A stretch of 32,000 nt of DNA from Nitrosopumilus maritimus SCM1 (GCF_000018465.1 NC_010085.1:450001-482000); one strand, 5' to 3'. Shown: positions 1 to 8,581, counted from the stretch's first letter. Translations and numbers: made by a program. Notes: generated by a model from the letters alone, not told the origin.

Positions 1-1053
1 TGCCATTGAATTTGCTACTGCAGTTAATAATGATTTTGTTCCATAACTGAAATTTTCTTTTTCAAAAAATCCTGCTGGTCCACTGATAAACACAGTTCCT
101 GCACCTGCAATTAATTTTGAATAATATTCTACAGTTTTTGGACCTAAATCAAAAATCTTATCTCCTTTACCCATCTCTCTTACATCCATCTCTACTCTTT
201 CACCATCTTTGTCAATTGCAATGTCCACTGGTGTTGCAAATACATCTGGATGTTCTCCTATCAATGTGTGAGCTTTTGCAACAACTTCTTCTTCTCTTTT
301 GATTCCAAGTGATGATTTTACTCTGGCTTGTGCTCGCATGAACACATTTCCAATTAATCCTGTTAGTAAGACGTGATCTGCTCTACCGTTTTGAATAAGT
401 AATTTGATTGCCTCAAGCCTATCTGGAACTTTGGATCCTCCTAAGACTATTACATGTGGTGCTTTTGCCACAGTCATGATTTCATCTAGGTTTCTGACTT
501 CTCTTTCTACAATTCTTCCTGCACATGCAGGTAGTACTTGTGGGAATCCAACGATTGATGGGTGTGATCTGTGTGCACTAGGAAATGAATCTAACACACA
601 TAGATCAAACAACTTTGCTAATCGAGTAACCATGATTGTTTTAGATGCATTCTCAGGGGTGAACTCATAATTTTCTTCAGCACATAATCTGAGATTGTCT
701 AAAAGTAGGATGTCTCCATCTTCTAAATTTTTAATTGCATTTTGTGCAGCTTCTCCAATTACGTCTTCAACATATTTTATTTCACGATTCATTAATTTTT
801 CAAGAACTTTTGCATGTTTGTCCATTCCAGTATAATCATTATTTCCAACTCTTCCCTGATGTGATGCAACAACTACTTTGGCATCTTTTAGTGATTGTAG
901 TGTTTCTATGGCTTCTTCAATTCTTTTAGTCCCTGAAATCTCCATTGTTTCTGGGTCGATTGGACAGTTCATGTCCACTCTTAAAAAAACAGTTTTACCT
1001 TTTAAATCAAAATCATCTAGTGTGAGTACCTTCACGCCTTTTCTATTATGCAC
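1..1053 (-). CDS. pgk: Phosphoglycerate kinase (C-terminus cut by the left window edge)
   Basis: Absent from the ORF track because it runs off the window. Translating the minus strand from GTG at 1053 gives VHNRKGVKVLTLDDFDLKGKTVFLRVDMNCPID...VVASHQGR...LLLDNLR...VLGGSKVPDRL...FISGPAGFFE, colinear with archaeal PGK. An in-frame TAA at 1090-1092 leaves GTG 1053 as the only start. The four listed + strand ORFs here are antisense artefacts. Confidence 0.85.
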   Translation of the reverse strand, partial: MHNRKGVKVLTLDDFDLKGKTVFLRVDMNCPIDPETMEISGTKRIEEAIETLQSLKDAKVVVASHQGRVGNNDYTGMDKHAKVLEKLMNREIKYVEDVIGEAAQNAIKNLEDGDILLLDNLRLCAEENYEFTPENASKTIMVTRLAKLFDLCVLDSFPSAHRSHPSIVGFPQVLPACAGRIVEREVRNLDEIMTVAKAPHVIVLGGSKVPDRLEAIKLLIQNGRADHVLLTGLIGNVFMRAQARVKSSLGIKREEEVVAKAHTLIGEHPDVFATPVDIAIDKDGERVEMDVREMGKGDKIFDLGPKTVEYYSKLIAGAGTVFISGPAGFFEKENFSYGTKSLLTAVANSMA

Positions 1054-1171
1054 TTGGTTAAATTCTTTGAGCCGATCAGAATTATTCTGTTAACTCTAAT
1101 TTCAAAAATAATGATTTCCAAAACTTATCTATTGACAAAAATTAAAAGATGTGTATATGGAGTTTGATTAA

Positions 1172-1840
1172 TTGCAAAGTTGGCTTTTTGATATCAGGTC
1201 TCGTTCATTTGTATTACTGACAATTTTATTTTTGATTTTAACTTGGTTAGTCTATTCTGGAATTACTGAAAGTTTTGATCAAAGTATAACTTTGTTTTTC
1301 GCTGAAAATGTTGGAAATCCTACCCTTGACATCGTAATGCAGTATATCACAGAAAGTGGCGATGTCTTTAACATGCTGGTATTTGGAATTGTCATGTTAA
1401 TTATTCCAAAAACTCGAAGGATAGGAATTACTCTTATGATATTGATTGTATTATCCACCCTTCTAACTGGATACATAAAATGTGGAATTGACCGTGATAG
1501 GCCTGATTTTGATTATGAGGGTGTAGAATTCCCTGTAGAAATTAGCCGTGATACCTTTGCTTTGTTCTGTGAGGGTGGATTTGATGCATCATACCCATCT
1601 GGTCATGCTGCTAGGGCCGTGATATTTGGAATTATTTTGGGATATGCTTTGTCTGAGCGGTTCCCACGAGGTGCTTACTTAATGCTTTTGTATCCTGTAA
1701 TGATCTCATTGAGTAGAGTCTATGTTTTACAACACTATCCTATGGATGTGATAGGCGGAACAGTTATTGGAATTATGTTAGCTGGTGTTATGGCAAACAG
1801 AACAAAACTTTACAAAATTTTTGATAAATCAAAAACCTAA
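1172..1840 (+). CDS. PAP2-family membrane phosphatase (phosphatidic acid / polyprenyl-diphosphate phosphatase type)
   Basis: Multiple TM segments plus the three PAP2 motifs: KCGIDRDRP, PSGH, SRVYVLQHYPMDV. TTG start, with an AT-rich TATA-like element about 25-35 nt upstream. Confidence 0.75.
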   Translation: MQSWLFDIRSRSFVLLTILFLILTWLVYSGITESFDQSITLFFAENVGNPTLDIVMQYITESGDVFNMLVFGIVMLIIPKTRRIGITLMILIVLSTLLTGYIKCGIDRDRPDFDYEGVEFPVEISRDTFALFCEGGFDASYPSGHAARAVIFGIILGYALSERFPRGAYLMLLYPVMISLSRVYVLQHYPMDVIGGTVIGIMLAGVMANRTKLYKIFDKSKT

Positions 1841-2140
1841 TTCTGTTAATGCAGTATTGCTAATCAAAACTATTGCATAATGGTCATCATCATGATGATA
1901 TGTCCAATACCTCACATCTCGAATTTCATTTTTCTGTCTTAACCCATGAGTTACTCCTGTAGTCACTGTATACCCAATTCTTTTCGCAATCTTTGATTCT
2001 TTTGGCATCAAAACTCTAAATCCTTCATTTTTTCCTTGAAATCCAATACTTACCATATCTTCAACTGCATTTGATGCATCTTTCTCATCTTTGAGATCAT
2101 ATGTTTTTGAAACTGGCAAGTCTTTTGGATGAAAATCCAT
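1829..2140 (-). CDS. Hypothetical small protein (103 aa), contains an HHDDDH cluster
   Basis: Clean ORF with non-repetitive composition filling an otherwise empty gap. No family recognised. Confidence 0.45.
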   Translation of the reverse strand: MDFHPKDLPVSKTYDLKDEKDASNAVEDMVSIGFQGKNEGFRVLMPKESKIAKRIGYTVTTGVTHGLRQKNEIRDVRYWTYHHDDDHYAIVLISNTALTELGF

Positions 2141-2265
2141 GATAATTGTCAGATATATTGACTAATATTTTTTAAAAAAATGCTATTTGCGATCAATATT
2201 AGTTAATTTTCTTAACTGACAAGTCAAATCCTGATTATATTAACAACTTAATCGACTCTTTTGAT

Positions 2266-3219
2266 TTGTTTGAATCATTGGCATCATTAGAAAAAACAGT
2301 TTTGCAATTGCGAAAAAAACAACAAGAAGCAACTAAGCTAAGAAAAAGAGCAGAAAAACAACTCAAAGAAGTTCTTTCAGCTCAAAGACGTTCTACTTCT
2401 GGTCTTAACTCTATTGACCGAAAAATAGAATCTGAGAGAGAGGATGTTTCAGACGTTTCAGGTGTTTTGAATCAAAAAAATTCCCAATTAGCAAGTATTG
2501 AAAGATTAGTTCAGGCTGCTGAAGAGCGTTTATCTAGAGAAAAAGAAGCTATTGAACAAACTGAACAGGAAATCGAGTTTTCTGAAAATCCTGAGGAAAA
2601 ACAATACGCAGAGTCCAGATTACGCTCACTACGAGACCATGTTGAAGAATTAACTAATGAGATTAAAAGTAGACAAAAAACTGCCAAAAAAATTGCTGAA
2701 GATGTTACTAAATTTGATAGTATAAAATCCAAAATTTCAACTAAAATACAAAAACAATCACAATCAAAACCATCCTTACGTGAAACAATGATTTCTAGTA
2801 AAAAAGCAGCAGAAAAATTTGTCAAAGAAGTAGAAAGACGAACAAAATCTGAAGAATCTGCAAAGAAAACATTGGAAAAAGCTTCTTCAAAATTAAAAGA
2901 ATTGTTGGCTAAGAGAAAAACTGCAACTAAAAAGAAAGCAACAAAGAAGAAAGCAGCTAAAAAGAAACCAGCAAGAAAAACTGCAACTAAAAAGAAAGCA
3001 ACAAAGAAGAAAGCAGCTAAAAAGAAACCAGCAAGAAAAACTGCAACTAAAAAGAAAGCAACAAAGAAGAAAGCAGCTAAAAAGAAACCAGCAAGAAAAA
3101 CTGCAACTAAAAAGAAAGCAACAAAGAAGAAAGCAGCTAAAAAGAAACCAGCAAGAAAAACTGCAACTAAAAAGAAAACAACAAAGAAGAAAGCAGCTAA
3201 AAAGAAAACTAGACGTTAA
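2266..3219 (+). CDS. Coiled-coil protein with a Lys/Ala/Thr-rich histone-H1-like repetitive C-terminal tail
   Basis: About 220 aa of heptad-like charged sequence, then four exact copies of KTATKKKATKKKAAKKKPAR plus one variant copy. TTG is the first canonical start after an in-frame TAG at 2200-2202. TTATATT box at 2235-2241, 31 nt upstream. Confidence 0.7.
   Translation: MFESLASLEKTVLQLRKKQQEATKLRKRAEKQLKEVLSAQRRSTSGLNSIDRKIESEREDVSDVSGVLNQKNSQLASIERLVQAAEERLSREKEAIEQTEQEIEFSENPEEKQYAESRLRSLRDHVEELTNEIKSRQKTAKKIAEDVTKFDSIKSKISTKIQKQSQSKPSLRETMISSKKAAEKFVKEVERRTKSEESAKKTLEKASSKLKELLAKRKTATKKKATKKKAAKKKPARKTATKKKATKKKAAKKKPARKTATKKKATKKKAAKKKPARKTATKKKATKKKAAKKKPARKTATKKKTTKKKAAKKKTRR
2924..3208 (+). 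repeat. Tandem 60-bp repeat, about 4.75 copies, inside the CDS 2266..3219
   Basis: Blocks 2941-3000, 3001-3060 and 3061-3120 are identical. Block 3121-3180 differs at one base (3178 G to A, Ala to Thr). Partial copies flank both ends. Confidence 0.95.
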
Positions 3220-3281
3220 AGAAAAATAGTTTCTCTTTACTTTCCTATAACATTAAAGTAGGTTTTATGTGAATTTTTACA

Positions 3282-3887
3282 ATGAAAAAACGAGGACCAA
3301 TCATTGCTATATCTGGAATAGTTTTAGTGATAATTTCTCTTTCAATTGCTGCTTCTGCAATTCCTACTAATGTTACTGGCCCTGGTGATTTCTTTGTATC
3401 TTCATTATTTGAAGAAATGTTTGATGAAATTTCTAATGAAATTCACATTATGCCTCAAGATTCTGCACATTTTTCTTACACAACATATTCTTCCGACGTC
3501 CCAATTTTGTGGGGAATTCAAATCATTGATTATCAGGCTGGTGATGAATTATCCATAACAATTTCAAATATTTTTGGTGATGATTATGGAACATTCATTC
3601 AAAATGAACCTATTCTTTTTGAAGTATTACAAATATCTCAATCTGATACATTAAATCTTGAAATCGAAAATTTAGGTGCTCGTGATGTTACTATCATCAC
3701 AATGTTTTCTGAAGATCCAGAAAACTCTGAATCCTTTACAAATCCTGATTCTCCTGTTATGAGTATGGTTGTACCCTTGATGGTTTCTGGTATTTTGCTT
3801 GTTTTAGGGATCACTGTTTCAATAATTGGTGTAATTGTAGTGTTAGTAGATCTGAAAAACAAATATGATAATAAAAGAAATTATTGA
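3282..3887 (+). CDS. Hypothetical surface/membrane protein (N-terminal signal-anchor, C-terminal TM anchor with basic tail)
   Basis: N-terminal MKKRGPIIAISGIVLVIISLSIAASA and C-terminal VVPLMVSGILLVLGITVSIIGVIVVLV followed by KNKYDNKRNY. No family recognised. Confidence 0.55.
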   Translation: MKKRGPIIAISGIVLVIISLSIAASAIPTNVTGPGDFFVSSLFEEMFDEISNEIHIMPQDSAHFSYTTYSSDVPILWGIQIIDYQAGDELSITISNIFGDDYGTFIQNEPILFEVLQISQSDTLNLEIENLGARDVTIITMFSEDPENSESFTNPDSPVMSMVVPLMVSGILLVLGITVSIIGVIVVLVDLKNKYDNKRNY

Positions 3888-4195
3888 GGATTTACTTCCA
3901 TCTGACCAAATTTGCCTTTTGTTAGGGATACTTCACCTTTGAACTCATTGGTATATCCATTTGTGATTACGACAACATCTCCAACATTTACTGCTTTGAT
4001 ATCATCTCCCCACAATGTCAATTTCATTTGGTCATCTTCAGTTTCACCATCAGCAATAACTGCATCGCAGACATCTACTGTACCTCCACTTTTCAGATTA
4101 ACAGTTCTTGGGTCTCCTTTGCTTTTTACTTCGGCTTTAGCATTTATTCCACTTCGCATTTTCTTTACTTGTGAAATTGGTATGAATTCTGCCAT
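3881..4195 (-). CDS. Single OB-fold nucleic-acid-binding protein (SSB/RPA-like)
   Basis: 104 aa. The pattern ...AKAEVKSKGDPRTVNLKSGGTVDVCDAVIADGETEDDQMKLTLWGDDIKAVNVGDVVVITNGYTNEFKGEVSL... is typical of short archaeal OB-fold (tRNA_anti-like) proteins. Confidence 0.55.
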   Translation of the reverse strand: MAEFIPISQVKKMRSGINAKAEVKSKGDPRTVNLKSGGTVDVCDAVIADGETEDDQMKLTLWGDDIKAVNVGDVVVITNGYTNEFKGEVSLTKGKFGQMEVNPQ

Positions 4196-4315
4196 GTATT
4201 TTTGAATCTATTACGCACGATTATAAGCTTTGTTAAAATTTCTTCAAATTGATAGATCATTTTGAAATTTTTCAAAATAGTAATCGAAAAATACTGCTCT
4301 TTATCCATTCTCATT

Positions 4316-4416
4316 GCAGAGATATCGAAGCCCGGTCAACCGAGAGGGACTCAAGATCTTCCAAATAGGAAATCCCTTCTCTCAGGAGTTCGTGGGTTCA
4401 AATCCCACTCTCTGCA
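4316..4416 (+). tRNA. tRNA-Leu (anticodon CAA) with a canonical-position intron of about 16 nt (about 4356..4371)
   Basis: Hand-folded. Acceptor GCAGAGA/TCTCTGC; D stem TCG/CGA with a GG loop; anticodon stem AGGGA/TCCCT interrupted after G37; anticodon CAA at 4352-4354; long variable arm (CTC..GAG); T arm GTGGG-TTCAAAT-CCCAC; discriminator A; no encoded CCA. Confidence 0.85.
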
Positions 4417-4449
4417 CTAAATTTTACATAAAATTGTAAATTTTTGAAA

Positions 4450-4572
4450 TTAAGCAACTAATGCTTTGACTTTACTCACAGAATGTTCTGAAATTTGTTT
4501 GTGCATTTCTGCCAAACTTTCGTCCTTGAAAGTTAGATTGCATCTAAAACATTTCCAAACCATCTCAGACAT
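4450..4572 (-). CDS. Small (40 aa) classical C2H2 zinc-finger protein
   Basis: MSEMVWKCFRCNLTFKDESLAEMHKQISEHSVSKVKALVA matches C-X2-C-X12-H-X5-H with Phe at +4 after the second Cys. I prefer ATG 4572 over the listed 4644 because a TTTATAA box (4597-4603) lies 25-31 nt upstream of it. Confidence 0.55.
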   Translation of the reverse strand: MSEMVWKCFRCNLTFKDESLAEMHKQISEHSVSKVKALVA

Positions 4573-4596
4573 GCCTAACAATAGGCATAATTTGCT

Positions 4597-4603
4597 TATA
4601 AAG
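4597..4603 (-). promoter_or_regulatory. TATA-box-like element for the C2H2 mini-protein gene
   Basis: TTTATAA on the minus strand, 25-31 nt upstream of ATG 4572. The same spacing is seen at several other genes in the window. Confidence 0.45.
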
Positions 4604-4757
4604 ATATTGCATGATTGATCCAATTTGTTACAATACCTGATCATTCTTTTGAAAAAGATGTAATTTTTTTAATTTTTTAGATCACAATAGAATTTTTTTG
4701 TGACTAAACCATAATCCAAGGGTTTAGAAGCAAAAAACACTGCATATTCTTTGAAAG

Positions 4758-5378
4758 ATGGTAGATATTTTCGAATTTTTTGCAGAATTTTCCTATTTTG
4801 GAATTTTTCTTGTGCTGATTCTCGTAAATGCATCTCCAATTTTGATGCCTCCAAGCTGGATTGTTTTAACATCATTTTATCTTCTTGATCCTAGTCTGAA
4901 TATTGTATTTCTTGCAATGGTTGGTGCTACTGGTGCTACCATCGGTAGATTTTTTCTCAAAAAGATCAGTGGATTATTTAGAAAATTTGTTGGAGAAGAA
5001 CAAAAATCCAATCTTGACATAATTGGTGATTATCTTAATCACAAAAAATATGGTTATCTCCTTGCATCGTTCCTCTTTGGTGCAACACCTCTACCAAGCA
5101 ATATGTTATTCATCACATACGGGTTAATGCGTGCAAAAAGTATTGGAATCTATATTGGATTTTGGTTTGGTAGAACTATTTCTTACATCATAATGATTTA
5201 TTTTGGCAATGCCGTTTTGCAACCATTCTTAGAAATCTTTGAAGACCGTCTAACTGGAATCTTACTAATTGATGGTGTGGGAATTGGAGTGATTGTTCTC
5301 TTTGCGTCTATTAATTGGACAGTATTAATTACTCAGAGAAAAATTAAATTCGTTAAACCAAAAATATGGAGATTCTAA
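4758..5378 (+). CDS. DedA/VTT (SNARE-associated) family-like integral membrane protein
   Basis: Polytopic membrane protein. The MVGATGATIGRFFLKKISG segment and overall topology resemble the DedA/TVP38 family. Family assignment is tentative. Confidence 0.5.
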   Translation: MVDIFEFFAEFSYFGIFLVLILVNASPILMPPSWIVLTSFYLLDPSLNIVFLAMVGATGATIGRFFLKKISGLFRKFVGEEQKSNLDIIGDYLNHKKYGYLLASFLFGATPLPSNMLFITYGLMRAKSIGIYIGFWFGRTISYIIMIYFGNAVLQPFLEIFEDRLTGILLIDGVGIGVIVLFASINWTVLITQRKIKFVKPKIWRF

Positions 5379-5999
5379 ATGAAAGTTCTCGAATTACTCA
5401 AAAAAGATGTAAAAAAAATAATGGAAAATGATCCTGCTCATGACTTTGAACATATTATGAGAGTTTACAAAAATGGTCAGAAAATTTGTAAAAAAGAAAA
5501 AGCAAATGAAAAACTTGTTTTGAGTGCTGCACTTCTACATGATATTGTCTCTTACCCAAAATCTGACAAACGTTCCAAGATGTCTTCTATTGAAAGTGCA
5601 AAAAAATCAAAACAAATTTTAAAAAAATATGATTTTGATGAACATGAAATTACTATAATTTCAGACGCCATTCGTGATCATAGTTTTTCTCAAAAGAAAA
5701 TCCCCAAAACCATTGAGGGTAAAATTTTACAAGATTCTGATAGACTTGATGCTTTAGGTGCAATTGGAATTGCTAGAGTTTTTGCTACAGGTGGTTCTTT
5801 GAAGAGACCCTTTTACAATATTGATGACCCGTTTTGTAAAAATAGAATTCCTGATGATAAGACCTGGACTGTTGATCACTTCTTCCAAAAATTACTCAAA
5901 CTTGAATCTCTAATGAATACAAAATCTGGTAAAATAGAAGCAAAAAGAAGAACGAGAATTCTAAAAGAGTATATAAAACAACTAAAACAAGAAGTTTAA
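5379..5999 (+). CDS. HD-domain metal-dependent phosphohydrolase
   Basis: H..(FEH)..LLHDI...DSDRLDALGAIGIARVF is the HD-superfamily signature. The start abuts the stop of the upstream membrane-protein gene (TAA-ATG). Confidence 0.8.
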   Translation: MKVLELLKKDVKKIMENDPAHDFEHIMRVYKNGQKICKKEKANEKLVLSAALLHDIVSYPKSDKRSKMSSIESAKKSKQILKKYDFDEHEITIISDAIRDHSFSQKKIPKTIEGKILQDSDRLDALGAIGIARVFATGGSLKRPFYNIDDPFCKNRIPDDKTWTVDHFFQKLLKLESLMNTKSGKIEAKRRTRILKEYIKQLKQEV

Positions 6000-6307
6000 C
6001 CATAATCGACGTATCTGTCGTATCTCTTCTCTATCTCTTTATTCAAACCTGAAATTATCTTCTCATATTCTTCATTTTTTCTAAAATCAATATACTTGCG
6101 AATTGCATCAAACTCTTCATCTTGTGGATATGATTCAAAGACTGGCTCTACCATCTTTAGATATTGTAGAGTTTTCTCACGAAACTCTTCTCTTGTTGGT
6201 TTTTTGATTCCTTTCATCCTAAATTCAACTGATGCCCAACTTGCCCCAATTACGTGTGGGAGTAAATCAAATGCCCTTTGAATCTCGTAACGCTCGTCGT
6301 TTCTCAT
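5996..6307 (-). CDS. Hypothetical 103-aa protein, translationally coupled to hemB
   Basis: ATGA start/stop overlap with hemB (6304-6307). Predicted helical, charged. No family recognised. Confidence 0.55.
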   Translation of the reverse strand: MRNDERYEIQRAFDLLPHVIGASWASVEFRMKGIKKPTREEFREKTLQYLKMVEPVFESYPQDEEFDAIRKYIDFRKNEEYEKIISGLNKEIEKRYDRYVDYG

Positions 6308-7284
6308 GATTCTTGCATGAATTTTGCAGCAGATTTTGCAAAATAAGTAACAATCATGTCTGCCCCTGCTCTTTTAATGGAAGACAAGATCTCATCAGTG
6401 ACCTCATTTTCATTTACATATCCTAATTGTGAAGCTGCTTTTACCAATGCATATTCTCCAGAAACGCTGTATGCAGCTACTGGAATATTGAATCTTCTTC
6501 TTGTTTCAGATATCAAATCCAAATAAGATAATGCTGGTTTTATCATAACAATGTCTACTCCTTCATTAATGTCAGTTTCAACTTCCATCATTGCTTCTCT
6601 TGCGTTGGTGTAAGGCATTTGGTATGTTTTTCTATCTCCGAATTCTGGAGCACATGCTGCTGCATCTCTAAAAGGTGAATAAAAATTTGAACGATGTTTT
6701 GCAGCATGAGACATTATTGAAACATCTGAGAAACCTTCATCATCTAATGCATTTCTTATTGCTGCAACTTGACCGTCCATCATTGCTGATGGTGATGATG
6801 TATCCATTCCAGCTTTTGCTTGGCTTACTGCTGTTTTTGCTAAAAGTTCAAGACTTGCATCATTATCGACTTTATTGTTAGAAATAACTCCACAATGTCC
6901 TGTAGATGTAAATTGACATAGACAGGTATCTGCCATAATTACTATTTTGTCTCCAAAATTCTCTCTAACTTGAGAAATTGCCTTTTGTACAATCCCGTTA
7001 TCGTCAAATGCTGATGAACCTGTTTCATCTTTGTTACTAGGAATTCCAAATAACATGATTGCAGGAATTCCTAAATCACTAATAGTTCCAACTTCGTCTG
7101 TGACATCGTCTAAAGGAAGTCTTTCAATTGATGGCATTGATTCAATTTTGATTCTAGTTTTTATGTCCTCTTGAACAAAAATTGGACAAATCAAATCACT
7201 TGGAGACAGTCTAGTCTCTTGAACTAATTCTCTCATCTTCTCTGATGTTCTTAGTCTTCTTAGACGTCTAGTAGGAAATGACAT
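6304..7284 (-). CDS. hemB: Porphobilinogen synthase (5-aminolevulinate dehydratase)
   Basis: MSFPTRRLRRLR..., IFVQE..., MLFGIP, DTCLC..T..GHCG, ...MIKPALSYLDLI are all HemB hallmarks. Start moved to ATG 7284, because the listed 28-aa extension would overlap hemA. Confidence 0.9.
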   Translation of the reverse strand: MSFPTRRLRRLRTSEKMRELVQETRLSPSDLICPIFVQEDIKTRIKIESMPSIERLPLDDVTDEVGTISDLGIPAIMLFGIPSNKDETGSSAFDDNGIVQKAISQVRENFGDKIVIMADTCLCQFTSTGHCGVISNNKVDNDASLELLAKTAVSQAKAGMDTSSPSAMMDGQVAAIRNALDDEGFSDVSIMSHAAKHRSNFYSPFRDAAACAPEFGDRKTYQMPYTNAREAMMEVETDINEGVDIVMIKPALSYLDLISETRRRFNIPVAAYSVSGEYALVKAASQLGYVNENEVTDEILSSIKRAGADMIVTYFAKSAAKFMQES

Positions 7285-7315
7285 ATTCCGAATTCTCTTT
7301 TGGTAAAATATAATC

Positions 7316-8581
7316 TTAGTCAGCCTGTTCTTGTTTTTTATAGTCAAAGAGCTTGCTTGCCAAGTCAACTACCTCTGGATTACCTTGCTCGGATGCTTTT
7401 CTGATATTGTTCATTGGTGTTGAAACAATACTCTCTACTACTGCTTTGGTTAATTCATCAATAATTTTGATTCTTTTCTCATCTTTTTCATCTAACATCT
7501 GAAGTGCTTTTTGTAACTCTTTTTCTCTAAGTGATTCAATATTCTTGAATACATCTTTTACTAATGGTTCTGCTTCTAGTCTTTTCATCGAGGCTTCTAA
7601 TACAGATACTTCTTCGTTAATTATACTTTCAACGGTTTTGACCTTGTTTAATCTAGCATTCATGTTCTTTTCAACCATTTCTGCAATTTGATCAAGATTC
7701 ATCAGTTTTATTCCACCTATGGTTGCAACCTTCTCATCTACTGTTCTTGGATTTGATAAATCCAAAATCATCATGCCTTTGTTTTTATCTTTCATTGCTT
7801 CTGTAATTCGTTCATATGTTACAAGAAAATATGGTGCGGTTGTTGCAACAAAAATTACATCATAATTGTCAAATCCTGAAAGAATTTCTTCAAATTTAAC
7901 TGGGGTTCCTCCCATTGTTTCACAAAATGTTTCTGATCTGCTAAGTGTTCTACTGGTAACATCAAATGCATAACCTCTTCTCTGTAATGATTTTGCAACT
8001 AATGTGGATACTTCTCCAGTTCCAATCAATAATGTCTTTTTTGTTTTTAATTCATCAATGTTTTCTTCTGCAAGCTTTACTGCCATTGAACCAACTGAAA
8101 TTCCCCCTTTACCAATCCCACTATTGTTTCTGATTCTAGTTCCTATTCTGATTGCTTTGTCAAATAATGTGTTAAGATGCTGACCTGATGCTTTTCTTTC
8201 TCTTGCAGATGTGATAGAATTTTTAATTTGACCCAAAATTTGTTCTTCTCCTAGTACCATAGAATCCAAACCTGATGTTAATTTCAATAAATGGTGCAAA
8301 GCATTTTGGTTCTCTTCAACTTCCATGTTTTCATCAAAAACTTGCTCTTCTAATCCTGCTAGTGATGCCCATGTCTTCTTTATCTTGTCTACTTCTTGAC
8401 TCTTTGATTTTCCAAATAATTCAATTCTATTGCATGTTTGAATTATGACACACTCATCCAATCCTGAATGTTTTTTGAATTGGTCATATGCCTCTTCAAT
8501 ATCTTTTATTGTAAATCGTTCTAAAATATGGATTGGTGAATTACGAAAAGTTACACGTGCATTAATGATGTTTTGACTCAT
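7316..8581 (-). CDS. hemA: Glutamyl-tRNA reductase
   Basis: IIQTCNRIELF active-site motif, central GTGE Rossmann segment and C-terminal dimerisation helix. ATG 8581 forms an ATGA overlap with the upstream sirC-like stop. The listed TTG 8587 is an alternative. Confidence 0.9.
   Translation of the reverse strand: MSQNIINARVTFRNSPIHILERFTIKDIEEAYDQFKKHSGLDECVIIQTCNRIELFGKSKSQEVDKIKKTWASLAGLEEQVFDENMEVEENQNALHHLLKLTSGLDSMVLGEEQILGQIKNSITSARERKASGQHLNTLFDKAIRIGTRIRNNSGIGKGGISVGSMAVKLAEENIDELKTKKTLLIGTGEVSTLVAKSLQRRGYAFDVTSRTLSRSETFCETMGGTPVKFEEILSGFDNYDVIFVATTAPYFLVTYERITEAMKDKNKGMMILDLSNPRTVDEKVATIGGIKLMNLDQIAEMVEKNMNARLNKVKTVESIINEEVSVLEASMKRLEAEPLVKDVFKNIESLREKELQKALQMLDEKDEKRIKIIDELTKAVVESIVSTPMNNIRKASEQGNPEVVDLASKLFDYKKQEQAD

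Noticed and set aside
117-1093. Four listed + strand ORFs (117-302, 404-670, 735-929, 878-1093)
   Set aside because: Their translations are low-complexity and Leu/Ser/Phe-rich. All lie antisense to a continuous, clearly homologous phosphoglycerate kinase frame on the minus strand.
2924-3208. Could the 60-bp tandem array be a CRISPR array or satellite?
   Set aside because: The units are directly abutting with no unique spacers. They lie in frame inside a long ORF and encode a coherent Lys-rich peptide repeat, so this is a coding tandem repeat and not a CRISPR array.
4669-4875. Listed 68-aa minus-strand ORF
   Set aside because: It overlaps the start of the well-formed membrane-protein gene (4758..5378) and the AT-rich promoter region. 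It has no motif or promoter support.
7285-7368. 28-aa N-terminal extension of hemB in the ORF track, and similar extensions at 16720-16836 (ADH), 26067-26093 (S24e), 4573-4644 (C2H2 gene) and 21387-21401 (Dph6-like)
   Set aside because: The extensions overlap neighbouring genes or TATA-like boxes and lack homology. Internal ATGs give canonical N-termini with correct promoter spacing.
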